The position numbers and the translations under genes are program-made. A model generated the notes under the pieces. It was not told the DNA's origin. It made no database searches and saw nothing but the letters and a program-made list of their open reading frames with translations. Below, in pieces: positions 54,412 to 63,740 of a stretch of 64,000 bases of DNA (the first letter of the stretch is position 1; each line of letters opens with the position of its first letter). Location: the IMG/VR virus record IMGVR_UViG_3300025133_000085, positions 6,438 to 70,437 of that record, one strand, 5' to 3'. The stretch is from a virus.

Positions 54412-55356
54412 TCACCGTTTGTTAAGAAGATTCATTTGTAAGAATAACACGTTAGGGTCGAAGTTTATCAACCCAAATTTGCGAAGACTTCTGAGAAACG
54501 ATAGCTTATCGTACTTCTTTTCATTGATCTCTAGGCTTCCTTTGATTTGTTGGATTTGCGTGGCGGCGAGATTAGAAATATCCAGACACATAAGTCGGAA
54601 ATTACGCCTTACGAGATCTTTGTTTTCTAGAACGCTGGAGTAAACTTGTACTTTCGATGTCTTCTTAAGTCGCTCGCATTCTTTAAATACGAAATCCAAG
54701 GACACTCGTTCATCAAACGTTAACGCGGGAAATCTTTTTGCGAGCGTTTTAAAGCCTACCCCTTTCACCCCGTTAATGTTATCGCTTGGGTCTCCTACGA
54801 AAGCTCGCGTCAACGCAACGTTACTCGACTTAACGTGCATCTTTTCGACGACGACGTCACCATCGATCAGGCGTTTCTGGCCTGGCGACCAGACCTTCAC
54901 TCGATCATCGATGAGTTGATAAAAGTCTTTATCACTTGAGACAATCACGATATCGTCGTTCCCGAACTCGTATCTCGCGCAATAACCAATAACGTCATCG
55001 GCTTCGCAGTCTTTGACGTAGTGTTGGTATACCGGTAGGTTTCGCAAACACTTTGTCAAAAAAGCCACCTGCGATAGCCTATTTTGGTTCGAATCAGGGA
55101 TATCATCTTCATAGTACCGGTTGAAGTGCTGTGGCTTCTTACCTTTTTTGTAATCCGCGTAGATCGCGCGACGCCGAAGACTACCACCACCCTCCCAAAC
55201 GACGTGGACTTCTCTTGGGTTAAACTGCCTACAGAGACCGGCCAAGCCGCGAAGGAATCCGACGACTCCCCCCGCCGCATCGCCGTGTTGGGTCATCGAT
55301 GGGTTCGCAGCGTAATGTCGCATGAAAAAATTAAGACCGTCGATCAGGATGACCAT
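54412..55356 (-). CDS. 5'-3' exonuclease / RNase H (T4 rnh-like), copy 2
   Basis: IDGLN, YK..K, EADDVI, SSDKDFYQL, GDPSDNI.GVKGVG.KT. Confidence 0.9.
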   Translation of the reverse strand: MVILIDGLNFFMRHYAANPSMTQHGDAAGGVVGFLRGLAGLCRQFNPREVHVVWEGGGSLRRRAIYADYKKGKKPQHFNRYYEDDIPDSNQNRLSQVAFLTKCLRNLPVYQHYVKDCEADDVIGYCARYEFGNDDIVIVSSDKDFYQLIDDRVKVWSPGQKRLIDGDVVVEKMHVKSSNVALTRAFVGDPSDNINGVKGVGFKTLAKRFPALTFDERVSLDFVFKECERLKKTSKVQVYSSVLENKDLVRRNFRLMCLDISNLAATQIQQIKGSLEINEKKYDKLSFLRSLRKFGLINFDPNVLFLQMNLLNKR

Positions 55357-55359
55357 CGA

Positions 55360-56526
55360 CTATTCCGGGGCTACAAATTCGTCTTCCATCTCCATCGAAA
55401 GTGCCCTAATCTCCTCATAGGATTCGACATCGATATCGAGCTCCGATCTCCTCACGTAAGTACTTTCGATTAACGCGTCGAAATACTGTTTGTACTCCGG
55501 GGCGTCGAGAAGTTCATGAAAATCTGTCTTGTAAAACTTCTTCTCGACCAACACCTTCCCGGACGTACAATCAGTGACGGTGAACTTTTTCCACGCACCT
55601 GTGCCAGAAACATCGATTTCCTTTCCATTCCAGATGACAGGATCCACCCTACGGAGCTCGTTGAACAACTCTTCGTGTTCGACAATTCCCTTGCCAAAGT
55701 GAATCTGAAACTTTACCGTCCGGAATGGTGGCGCGACCTTATTCTTGATCGTCTTCGCGGAGACGTTAATACCGATTATCTCCTTGTCCTTATTTTCGAT
55801 CGGCTTTCCAGCGCCAAGCTTAATGCGAACCGACGAATGAAACGGGATCGCTTTTCCGCCAGGCGTTGTTGTAGGGTCTCCATATAGAACGCCAATCTTC
55901 ATGCGAATCTGATTCAAACATAAGAATAGAACCTTTTGATTCGCGATGATCCCGTTGATCTTACGCATACCTTTGGAAATAGCGCGAGCCTGTAAACCGA
56001 TACTCTCCTTGTCATAGTCGCCTATGAGCTCTGCCTTGGGGGAAGATGCAGCTACGGAGTCCCAAATGATAGTAATAGGAACGTTCTTTTCCATCGCCCG
56101 AGCCTTCATAATCGTAGCCTCGGTAATCGAGAGGACCTCCTCAGTACAGTGCGTATCGACGTAGACGAATCGCTTCTCAATATCGACGCCTAAGAGCGAA
56201 AGGTTCTCAACGCTCGTCGCGTTTTCGGTATCGATGTAAACGACGATACCGCCCATTCGTTGCGTGCTAACGGCCACTTGAATCGCTAGATGGGATTTTC
56301 CAATTGATGGTGGACCGAACACCTCAACGATCCTACCTTCCGGAAATCCTCCGTTTAAACGATTTGAGATGATCGCATCGAGCTGGCGAGACCCGGTGCT
56401 AATCCACCTATTAACATGCGTCGGTGAATCGTCGGTCGCCAGATTGTACGCGACGCGTTGACCGGCATCTTTGTTAAGCTGCTGGATCAGTTCAGCAGTA
56501 AAATCGTTTTCTTTACTTTTTGCCAT
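55360..56526 (-). CDS. recA: RecA/UvsX recombinase
   Basis: ISTGS..LD, GRIVEVFGPPSIGKS, DSVAA, GLQAR, NQIR.KIG..YGDP.TTPGG.A..F. Confidence 0.93.
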   Translation of the reverse strand: MAKSKENDFTAELIQQLNKDAGQRVAYNLATDDSPTHVNRWISTGSRQLDAIISNRLNGGFPEGRIVEVFGPPSIGKSHLAIQVAVSTQRMGGIVVYIDTENATSVENLSLLGVDIEKRFVYVDTHCTEEVLSITEATIMKARAMEKNVPITIIWDSVAASSPKAELIGDYDKESIGLQARAISKGMRKINGIIANQKVLFLCLNQIRMKIGVLYGDPTTTPGGKAIPFHSSVRIKLGAGKPIENKDKEIIGINVSAKTIKNKVAPPFRTVKFQIHFGKGIVEHEELFNELRRVDPVIWNGKEIDVSGTGAWKKFTVTDCTSGKVLVEKKFYKTDFHELLDAPEYKQYFDALIESTYVRRSELDIDVESYEEIRALSMEMEDEFVAPE

Positions 56527-56543
56527 ATCAATACCCTCATACA

Positions 56544-56572
56544 AAAATACAGCACTTCGTAGTACTGTTCAC
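56544..56572 (-). promoter_or_regulatory. sigma70-type promoter
   Basis: GTGAAC-17-TATTTT upstream of recA. Confidence 0.45.
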
Positions 56573-56591
56573 CGGGGTGACGTGAATAAAG

Positions 56592-57035
56592 CTAGTAGGA
56601 CGTGTCGAGGTCTTCGGCTTCTGGTATCTTGACCGGTTGCGTCGACGTAGCCGTTAAAAGGTCAGGCGTAGGAACAAACCCAACCAGCGGTGCATATATC
56701 AACTCGGCGCTACACTGAAGCAACCAAACGTCGTCGGTCGGACCCGTGGCTTCGTCTATAAAAATCGAGCAAAGCCCAACGCCACAGTCTCCAACGTTGT
56801 TACCAATGTTGTTGAGTATACTCTGACCTGCGATCGCGCTAGCGTCGGCATAAGGGTCGTCCCCAACCAGCGCGCCAGTCCTACAGCCGGAGGCAACCGC
56901 ATCCGTTAATTCGTATCTCTGGAGAATGTACCATAGATAGTCAATCCCACCAAACACCAAAGTTAGAAACACAGGAAATAGCAACGCGAACTCAACCGCG
57001 TGCGAACCTCTCCTATTCCTAGATCTATTACTCAT
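56592..57035 (-). CDS. TadE-like pseudopilin
   Basis: RRGSHAVEFALLFPVFLTLVFGGIDY (prepilin G|xxxxE site), L..AV..GCR.GA. Confidence 0.8.
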   Translation of the reverse strand: MSNRSRNRRGSHAVEFALLFPVFLTLVFGGIDYLWYILQRYELTDAVASGCRTGALVGDDPYADASAIAGQSILNNIGNNVGDCGVGLCSIFIDEATGPTDDVWLLQCSAELIYAPLVGFVPTPDLLTATSTQPVKIPEAEDLDTSY

Positions 57036-57046
57036 ATACGCAACCT

Positions 57047-57072
57047 TCCGCACGGGATTGCTCCCGTGCGGA
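57047..57072 (-). other. 11-bp GC-rich hairpin with GCAA tetraloop between ssb and tadE
   Basis: TCCGCACGGGA-GCAA-TCCCGTGCGGA on the - strand; no U tract. Confidence 0.6.
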
Positions 57073-57088
57073 TTAACAACCAAGCCTC

Positions 57089-57904
57089 TTAAAAAGTACC
57101 GAGATCGGCAAACGCGTCGTCCAAGTCCTTATACTTCGCAGAACTGGACGTCCCGCTATTGTCGGAAGACGAAGTCGTGGGAACGGTCGCGGCGCTCGAC
57201 TTAGACGGCGAAGCGTCAAACGCCCTTTCCGTCGGAGCGCCATCGCCCAACCAATCGTTGATAATCTTCTCCAACTCGTCGTACGACTTGCAACTATACA
57301 GGTCGTCGAGGTTGGGAATGTTATCGATCCACTCCTTCGCCTGCTTCGGATCGTCGCAAAGCTGTGTACTCTTGGGGCGGGGACGAACCGACGTCATGGC
57401 CCACTTACGACCTGGTTGCTTTACGCACTCAACCTTCACATCGCGACCCTCAAGCGGATCGGTGATATCGCCGTAATCCTCGTCGAGCATGATATTCAAT
57501 AGATCCTGGTAGACGGTCTTACCGAACGACCAAAGTCGAATGCCCTTGTTTTCTTCGCCACGAACAATGACGGCCGCATAGCTTCGCATCTTAGGATACA
57601 GCTTCTTCGCGAGCTCGTAAGAGTCCTTTTGAGTATCCGTGTCGTTGTCCCCGCGGAGCTTATTGATAAGCTCCTGAACCGGATCCGGGTTACCGAACTG
57701 GTGCGGTGTCAAAAGGCCCGGGTTGTTACCGATGTTATAATAAAACCAGCGCTCCTTGAAAGGTTGCCCGTCATTATCGGGAAAAGAAACCAAGCGAACG
57801 GTCGCCGTCTCTCCCTCTTCCGGACGCCACATCATATTGCGACGACTGTTGTTTCCGTTGAGCTGGTTAAGCTTCTTTCTAATTGCATCAAAATCAATAG
57901 CCAC
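57089..57904 (-). CDS. single-stranded DNA-binding protein (gp32-like)
   Basis: W.P..G...VR, LWSFGKTVY, DITDPLEGRD, acidic tail DLDDAFADL; next to recA. Confidence 0.78.
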   Translation of the reverse strand: MAIDFDAIRKKLNQLNGNNSRRNMMWRPEEGETATVRLVSFPDNDGQPFKERWFYYNIGNNPGLLTPHQFGNPDPVQELINKLRGDNDTDTQKDSYELAKKLYPKMRSYAAVIVRGEENKGIRLWSFGKTVYQDLLNIMLDEDYGDITDPLEGRDVKVECVKQPGRKWAMTSVRPRPKSTQLCDDPKQAKEWIDNIPNLDDLYSCKSYDELEKIINDWLGDGAPTERAFDASPSKSSAATVPTTSSSDNSGTSSSAKYKDLDDAFADLGTF

Positions 57905-57964
57905 GTTAACCTCCTAAATTGGTAATTGCTATCTGTGAGTAGCTTGGGCGTTTTCACCCAAACA

Positions 57965-57993
57965 AATATAAATCAAATGTAGTAAATGTTCAA
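57965..57993 (-). promoter_or_regulatory. sigma70-type promoter
   Basis: TTGAAC-17-TATATT upstream of ssb. Confidence 0.5.
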
Positions 57994-58013
57994 TTTTGTT
58001 TCTATACTAAAAT

Positions 58014-58202
58014 CTAGTAGTTAGTAGTATAAGATCTTAGAAAATTCAAGACCCACGTTTCCCCTAAACTATTCATCGCAAGTTCGATGGCATCCGCAAG
58101 CGCCGTCTGGTGATGTGTTACCTCTGCTTCCCACTCGTCGGTATGGATCTCGTTCAGGTTTCTCTTGATTATCTTGTTAAGCTGTCTCTTCGTGATTTTC
58201 AT
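58014..58202 (-). CDS. family-A leader protein (distant copy)
   Basis: Starts MKITKRQLNKIIKRNLNE. Confidence 0.65.
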   Translation of the reverse strand: MKITKRQLNKIIKRNLNEIHTDEWEAEVTHHQTALADAIELAMNSLGETWVLNFLRSYTTNY

Positions 58203-58471
58203 TTCTTCTTCCTTTTCTTTTTCTTTGCGAGTTTTGCGTCGCCGAAAGCCTTACCCGCGGCGACGTAAGGAGGCACACGACCCGGTGGTTCTGGGTTGGG
58301 ATAGCGGGGACCGGTGCCCAAAGGCGTGGTCACACCCGCTACACCGCCGGCGCTTACCTCGTCCTTCTCTTCACCTTCGACTTCATCGTCCTCGTCGATC
58401 ACCTCAATGCGATCGCCTTCGAGAAGCGATCGGATGTAGCGTCGAATTGTCCTATCATCAAAGTTATTCAT
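58199..58471 (-). CDS. family-B-like leader protein
   Basis: TIRRYIRSLLE; TAGTTAT upstream; Lys-rich tail. Confidence 0.6.
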   Translation of the reverse strand: MNNFDDRTIRRYIRSLLEGDRIEVIDEDDEVEGEEKDEVSAGGVAGVTTPLGTGPRYPNPEPPGRVPPYVAAGKAFGDAKLAKKKKRKKK

Positions 58472-58483
58472 GAGCCTGTATAA

Positions 58484-59059
58484 CTAGGTTCGTCGCTTCG
58501 AAACAAAGTATTTCGCCTGTTGAATTATAGTCGCCAGCCCAGGTTCGTCGTGAACGTACCAACGGTTTTCCTCGAAGTGAAAACCACCAGCCAGCTGAAT
58601 TGCCAGCCACTCGTCGCGGGTGAGCTTCACCCCAAAGTGTTGTAGGAGATAGAGCGTCCGGTGAGATGTGGACATACGTTGTTGACCCTCAGCTTCGTTG
58701 AACTTATAGTGAGCGCCTTGCTTCTCACGGTGCCAGTCGCTGTCCTGTTCAATAAGCCAATCGTGCTCGAGATCACCCACCTTACCGATATCATGTAACA
58801 ACGCAACCTTCACGATCGACTTCTTCATCTCGGAAGGTAAGCTGTATGCATCCATGAGCTTAGTCGCCTGCTGGGCCGTCTTCAACGACATCATAATCAT
58901 GCCACCAGGTTCGCACCCCGGATCGCGAATGTACCGACTGGTGGGTGTCATAACGATTCTTTCGCCCAAAGTCTCGAGCAGTTGGATCACGGATTGCTCG
59001 TTATCGAAAGCGCTTCGCAAAAGATCGCTATACTGTTTCCAAAGCTTCTCTAATTCCAC
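58484..59059 (-). CDS. HD-domain phosphohydrolase-like protein
   Basis: ALLHDIGKVG; own promoter. Confidence 0.7.
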   Translation of the reverse strand: MELEKLWKQYSDLLRSAFDNEQSVIQLLETLGERIVMTPTSRYIRDPGCEPGGMIMMSLKTAQQATKLMDAYSLPSEMKKSIVKVALLHDIGKVGDLEHDWLIEQDSDWHREKQGAHYKFNEAEGQQRMSTSHRTLYLLQHFGVKLTRDEWLAIQLAGGFHFEENRWYVHDEPGLATIIQQAKYFVSKRRT

Positions 59060-59086
59060 GTTTTCACCCCATCGCTTCTAGCAATA

Positions 59087-59115
59087 ATAGTAACGATGTA
59101 CGAGAAACTTTACAC
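59087..59115 (-). promoter_or_regulatory. sigma70-type promoter
   Basis: GTGTAA-17-TACTAT. Confidence 0.5.
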
Positions 59116-59577
59116 GCGCCACGCCACCTTTCCTCGTTTGGACGGAAAGATGAGTACTCCTCCGCTGCTATTCTCGACCCGAGTGTCTTCGCCCCCTCGA
59201 ATGATGCCACCCTCGTACGCGCTTTCAAGTAAGAGTTTCATATACCGAGTCGCATTTGGACGATCGATTCCTTTCGCGGATACCAGCAAACCCTTCTTTC
59301 CTTCCTTGTCTTCGATGAATCGAGAATCGCCATAGGCTTTATTCATCACCTGTGTCGTTTTTCTCGATAGATTAATCAAGCTCTGGATGGATTCCAAAAC
59401 AGGACCCTTAAATACTTTATCGATCTTAAGGTTCTTAAAAACGTCTTTGGGCGAGGCGAGCTTCATACCTTCGGGGATCCTACCCCTCACGTTCGAAACG
59501 ACGACGATCGCGCGTTTCGAACGAGCTCGTTTCTCAAAAAGCATGTTATATACCGGATCATTCGCTACGTTTATCAC
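59110..59577 (-). CDS. hypothetical basic protein
   Basis: 155-aa ORF overlapping the polA end. Confidence 0.5.
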   Translation of the reverse strand: MINVANDPVYNMLFEKRARSKRAIVVVSNVRGRIPEGMKLASPKDVFKNLKIDKVFKGPVLESIQSLINLSRKTTQVMNKAYGDSRFIEDKEGKKGLLVSAKGIDRPNATRYMKLLLESAYEGGIIRGGEDTRVENSSGGVLIFPSKRGKVAWRV

Positions 59578-60769
59578 TGATCTTCTCCACAGTTACCGGA
59601 AAACTTACGGATTCGTTCTGCAAGTTTATCTCTACGCCATCTCTAAATATCCCCTCCGCGGCGTTCGATACCGAAACTGGCACGTCACAAATGATTTCGT
59701 CGTGAATCAAAAACAGCGGTTGGCAACCACCCGCTTCGCGTAGTCTCTCGATAACCTTCCCGAAACCGACCACCGCAACGTCAACGGCCGTGCTCTGGAC
59801 AAACGCGTTGAATAGCTTATTCTTATTGTCAGGAAAGATCGGTCGACCGAAGTGATTGCGAATTTTGTTTTCATCCAGGGCGGAGAGCTTCGCCGTCGTT
59901 TCGTCGACGGAAAACATCGATCGTAATCGTTTTTTGGCGGAATGCTTAACATCTCCGTATTTGCTTCTCGCGGAGTGCAACGACATTCCATAAATGAGCG
60001 AGAGCGTCAAGATTTTTGCGCGGGGTCGACCAAGCTTTCCCCCGAAGATTTCTTCGTCAATCCACTCGTACACATCGCCATCGGGCACGTGACCACCGAG
60101 CGCCAAAGCAACCCGGGGCTCAAGGCTGGAGTAATCGATCGAAACGATCTCGCCCTCATCCCCCCAAGATGACTTGATTAACCCACGATGCTCCTTTCGT
60201 AACGTGAGAATCCGAGGGCCGGACGCCACGTTCATTCTCCCCGTCGATGTTGAGACCCCCTCGTACTTCACTGTTCGGGCGAAACCTTCGCGATCGGGCG
60301 CGAAAGTTTTCAGATTGGAGATTTGCGTTGCATCGGTTTCGGAACTTATTCTTTGGGCCAGCTCGTCCCTATCTATCCGCGCGCTCCGGAGTGTATTAAG
60401 CACACCTAGCCTTTTCGCTAATGTAAATCCGTAACCCGATTCCTCGAACTCGCCAGCGATGCTTCTAGAGCTTTCTATGACATCGTTAATTATCGATCGA
60501 TACTTCGGGGCGGGCAGTACTTTTTGCCAATGCACGTCCCGGGAGTTCAAGCCGACGGCTTTATAAAACTTGGCGTGCGGAACGGTCTCGAACGTTGGTA
60601 TCGCTCTTCGAAAAAGCTTAGCGACATAATCGAGAGATGTAGTATCGACCCGGGGATCACCAAGTGTAAGAACCCCCGTCGGAGGTCGAGAAACCCACGT
60701 GAAATGCTCATCGGTAATCAACAAGTGCTCGATCGTCCCGAGCGCAACGCCAAGTATGCAAAGTTCCAT
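59558..60769 (-). CDS. minimal family-A DNA polymerase domain protein
   Basis: STGR, DYSSLEPR (motif A), RAK....IYG (motif B), N..VQSTA.D, IHDE (motif C). Confidence 0.8.
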   Translation of the reverse strand: MELCILGVALGTIEHLLITDEHFTWVSRPPTGVLTLGDPRVDTTSLDYVAKLFRRAIPTFETVPHAKFYKAVGLNSRDVHWQKVLPAPKYRSIINDVIESSRSIAGEFEESGYGFTLAKRLGVLNTLRSARIDRDELAQRISSETDATQISNLKTFAPDREGFARTVKYEGVSTSTGRMNVASGPRILTLRKEHRGLIKSSWGDEGEIVSIDYSSLEPRVALALGGHVPDGDVYEWIDEEIFGGKLGRPRAKILTLSLIYGMSLHSARSKYGDVKHSAKKRLRSMFSVDETTAKLSALDENKIRNHFGRPIFPDNKNKLFNAFVQSTAVDVAVVGFGKVIERLREAGGCQPLFLIHDEIICDVPVSVSNAAEGIFRDGVEINLQNESVSFPVTVEKISDKRSE

Positions 60770-60774
60770 GTAAC

Positions 60775-60803
60775 ATCTTAAAACTAAGCCGTCGTTTGTT
60801 CAC
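60775..60803 (-). promoter_or_regulatory. sigma70-type promoter
   Basis: GTGAAC-17-TAAGAT. Confidence 0.45.
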
Positions 60804-63736
60804 ACCAGGTTGATTGTCACAGCCGTCAACGGATCGGTCTCACCGTCGGCCACGTCGTCTAAACTTAGCGCAGCCATAGCAAGCTGTCGCTTCACGTCGG
60901 TCGCGGCGGACCTGAACTTCTCGAAGCCATCCACTTGGGTGAACTTCGCGGACGTTTTGAACTCTCCAGGACCGAAGGTGTGATCGATACCGGTGCAAAC
61001 GTAAAAGTTATCGACGCTGGTGTTAGTGTTGAAATCGAAAAACACGTTCGACGCGTAGGAGAGCAGGGGCATCCCAAACATGTCGACCGAAAGCGACGTA
61101 GGTTGTATGAACGTGGGAAACCCCTCGTCGGCGTTGCCCTGTACGCCACCCTTGCCACTCGTCGTGGCCGCCGACATTCGGATGGACGCCAAAGCCGGAT
61201 CGTTCATACTCGATAGACTGGCGCCGACAACGGGGTTACCGGTCGATCCGATGATGCAGGACGGTGCGGTTTTACGCAAGTACTCCTTGAGTTTCGATCC
61301 CGTGGCATTGACTATCACGATATCCTTTATCTCGGTGTTTACCTCACCGCTCACCGTCACGCTGGCTTTAAGCGATACGATCCCCGCCTCGGTGATACCC
61401 TCCATCACCTTTGCCATGCGCTCGCCGTGTTGCGCGGTATATTCCTGGTTACCGTAAGTCGTGCCCGGCGTACCCGACGAATCGTTCGCCGAGACTATGC
61501 CAAAGTTGTTTTGCGACATAGACGAGAGTAACGCGTTCTGTGGGTCAAAAGCGGAAGCCGACTTATCGTACACGAATACCCGCAGGATCGTGCGCGTCTC
61601 GTCGGTGAGCATATTCTCGGTGTTCTCCGGATCGGGTGCCGAGACGGGGACGCACTCGAACGCAACTTGTAACTGTGGCTTTCGAAATTCCACCGGATGA
61701 CCCGTGGGATAAGCTTTCGTAAGTAAGTCTTGCCTTTTGCTCGTTAGGGCGCTAGGTTCTTTCTGGAGGGACTCCTTTATCACCAAGTTGCCGTCTTCGT
61801 CGGGTTCGTACATATCATCGAGACCGTACACCTTCGATACTGACTCGTTCATGATAAATTCAGAGTTCACAAAATTGATAAAAGCGTTGAGGCTCATACT
61901 TAGCGTCGGTCCGGACTTCACCTTGTACGCGTCGTTGAATGCGCTTATTTGGATAGGAAACTGCGCGATGTTGTGATGTCGAACAAAACCTGCGAGTCGA
62001 TTGAACGAGTAAAACACGAATTGAACTTCGTCGAACTGACCAGACATTTGAAGTGGTTTCCCCACGTACGTCATCAAGAGCTTGCCCAACGAAACGTAGT
62101 CCGTCCCCATCTTACCTGATTCCGAAGGTTGCGGGATGTTAGGACCATCTTCCCCTATCGCCGTAAAGGGAAATTGGGCTGCGAAGGCATCGACGCCGTT
62201 TGAGAGAACGACCTTCTTGCGCGCCAGCGCCGTGTTAGCGTTGTTCGAGATCTCCTGGATCATGCCATCCTCGCCGTTGGTGCCGAATATATCCTGCAAC
62301 TTTTTTGCCACCGCGTTCAATCCGGCACCCGCGGTGACTTTTTTGTTGTCCTCTATGAACTTCGCGATCTCGCTTAGCGTGTCCTGGGAGACCCTAAGCG
62401 CCGCGGAAGACGACGATCCCGCGGCTAGCGCCGTTCGACCGCTAACATCCTCGATGACGGATCCTGCGCCGTCGAGTTCTTTGGTCAATGTGGCGAGCTC
62501 CGCAGTTAGCTTCTGTAAAGCTGGCATCAAGCTTGCAGACCCCTCCCCGTTCGTGGTGACCTCCGTGTAAAGTTCCGTCGATCCCTTCATGGCGAGTTTC
62601 ACATCGACGTCGACCTGTCCGTCTTCGGTAAACGTGAAACTCGAGTTTATGATTCGATACTTTTCCTTGCACCGTAGTGAGTGGATAAAATCTCCGATGG
62701 GATTGGTTCCGGGTGCATTTACCGCGTCCGGATGGGACCAACCGTACTCCACGCGTAATTCCGTTCCGCCGTATAGGTCGGGCTTTACCATCGGCGCGAT
62801 CTGCGCGAGGCGACTACGATCGTGTAATGTTAGCTTGAGCTTCGCGGTCTTGTATGCGTTCATCCCGTACGACGGTTGAACGTTAACGCTAAAACTCTTG
62901 AGCGTCATGAAAGGACGAAACTTATCGAGGATCGCGTGTCCGGAATGATCGTCTTCCGTCCCTCCGGGGGGATCGAAGTACTCCTCGTTCGCGTTCACAA
63001 GCGTTTGCGGCGACGTGAAGAGCTCCATGCCAGCTGCAGTGACCGCACCGACCTCGGCCACCTGATCGTTCCCTAACGCTTCACCGATTATTTCCGAAGG
63101 TAGGGCGTTGGCCATGGACTTTCCCAAGTCGGTCTCTATCGCCGAGTTCGGGGATAAAAATAAGTGTTGGCTCATCGTAAGAGGCGTCGCGTCGCCACCT
63201 AAGGGTTTACCCGATGAGATCACGAGCATGTCGAAATAAGGCACGCAACGCGACCATTCGACGTTAGGAATCGCGTTAAAGAAAATGTCTAGGACATCCG
63301 TATCACGGGATGAAAAAGCTAATTCGATCGGGAAAATCTGAAACGCCACGAGACCGGGTTTGGATTTTACTGGTTTCTCGTCTGCGGGAACGAAGGGCGC
63401 TGCTGCGGTACCCAACATATCGCTCGTCTTCTTGGGGCACGCGAAATCGCCATCGTACTCCGCGCAAATACCGATGGCGCGTTGTAACGATTCCTTGTCG
63501 ACGGCGTCTGTCGCTAACTCCTCCAACGCCGCGATTATCGTCGTCGACGACGCGCCACCCGAGTTCGACCTTTGAAGTAATGGTAAAACTTGGTCGCTTA
63601 GCGCCCTAAGGGCTTCCGCCATCTGTCGCTTGTCCTCCATTCCCTCCTCCGCAAACGAGGGCACCACGCTACCGTGACCTCCGAAAAAGTATGCGAGGCT
63701 CCCGAGTCTAGCGTATTGATTGATCGGTTCCGACAT
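60800..63736 (-). CDS. large virion protein (baseplate hub/tail-associated)
   Basis: L.L.LHD..RL, RVEYGWSHP, C-terminal DMFG.P...DNFY....IDH.F..G.F.TS; follows a LysM/tail-X-like gene. Confidence 0.55.
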   Translation of the reverse strand: MSEPINQYARLGSLAYFFGGHGSVVPSFAEEGMEDKRQMAEALRALSDQVLPLLQRSNSGGASSTTIIAALEELATDAVDKESLQRAIGICAEYDGDFACPKKTSDMLGTAAAPFVPADEKPVKSKPGLVAFQIFPIELAFSSRDTDVLDIFFNAIPNVEWSRCVPYFDMLVISSGKPLGGDATPLTMSQHLFLSPNSAIETDLGKSMANALPSEIIGEALGNDQVAEVGAVTAAGMELFTSPQTLVNANEEYFDPPGGTEDDHSGHAILDKFRPFMTLKSFSVNVQPSYGMNAYKTAKLKLTLHDRSRLAQIAPMVKPDLYGGTELRVEYGWSHPDAVNAPGTNPIGDFIHSLRCKEKYRIINSSFTFTEDGQVDVDVKLAMKGSTELYTEVTTNGEGSASLMPALQKLTAELATLTKELDGAGSVIEDVSGRTALAAGSSSSAALRVSQDTLSEIAKFIEDNKKVTAGAGLNAVAKKLQDIFGTNGEDGMIQEISNNANTALARKKVVLSNGVDAFAAQFPFTAIGEDGPNIPQPSESGKMGTDYVSLGKLLMTYVGKPLQMSGQFDEVQFVFYSFNRLAGFVRHHNIAQFPIQISAFNDAYKVKSGPTLSMSLNAFINFVNSEFIMNESVSKVYGLDDMYEPDEDGNLVIKESLQKEPSALTSKRQDLLTKAYPTGHPVEFRKPQLQVAFECVPVSAPDPENTENMLTDETRTILRVFVYDKSASAFDPQNALLSSMSQNNFGIVSANDSSGTPGTTYGNQEYTAQHGERMAKVMEGITEAGIVSLKASVTVSGEVNTEIKDIVIVNATGSKLKEYLRKTAPSCIIGSTGNPVVGASLSSMNDPALASIRMSAATTSGKGGVQGNADEGFPTFIQPTSLSVDMFGMPLLSYASNVFFDFNTNTSVDNFYVCTGIDHTFGPGEFKTSAKFTQVDGFEKFRSAATDVKRQLAMAALSLDDVADGETDPLTAVTINLV

Positions 63737-63740
63737 CTAG

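Noticed and set aside
42963-56526. Inteins or introns in DnaE, RNR, helicase or RecA
   Set aside because: No intein splice or LAGLIDADG motifs seen and lengths are ordinary; the PHP-domain insertion in DnaE is short and not intein-like.
57047-57072. Intrinsic terminator call for the ssb-tadE hairpin
   Set aside because: Strong stem but no poly-U tract on either strand, so it is recorded only as a hairpin.
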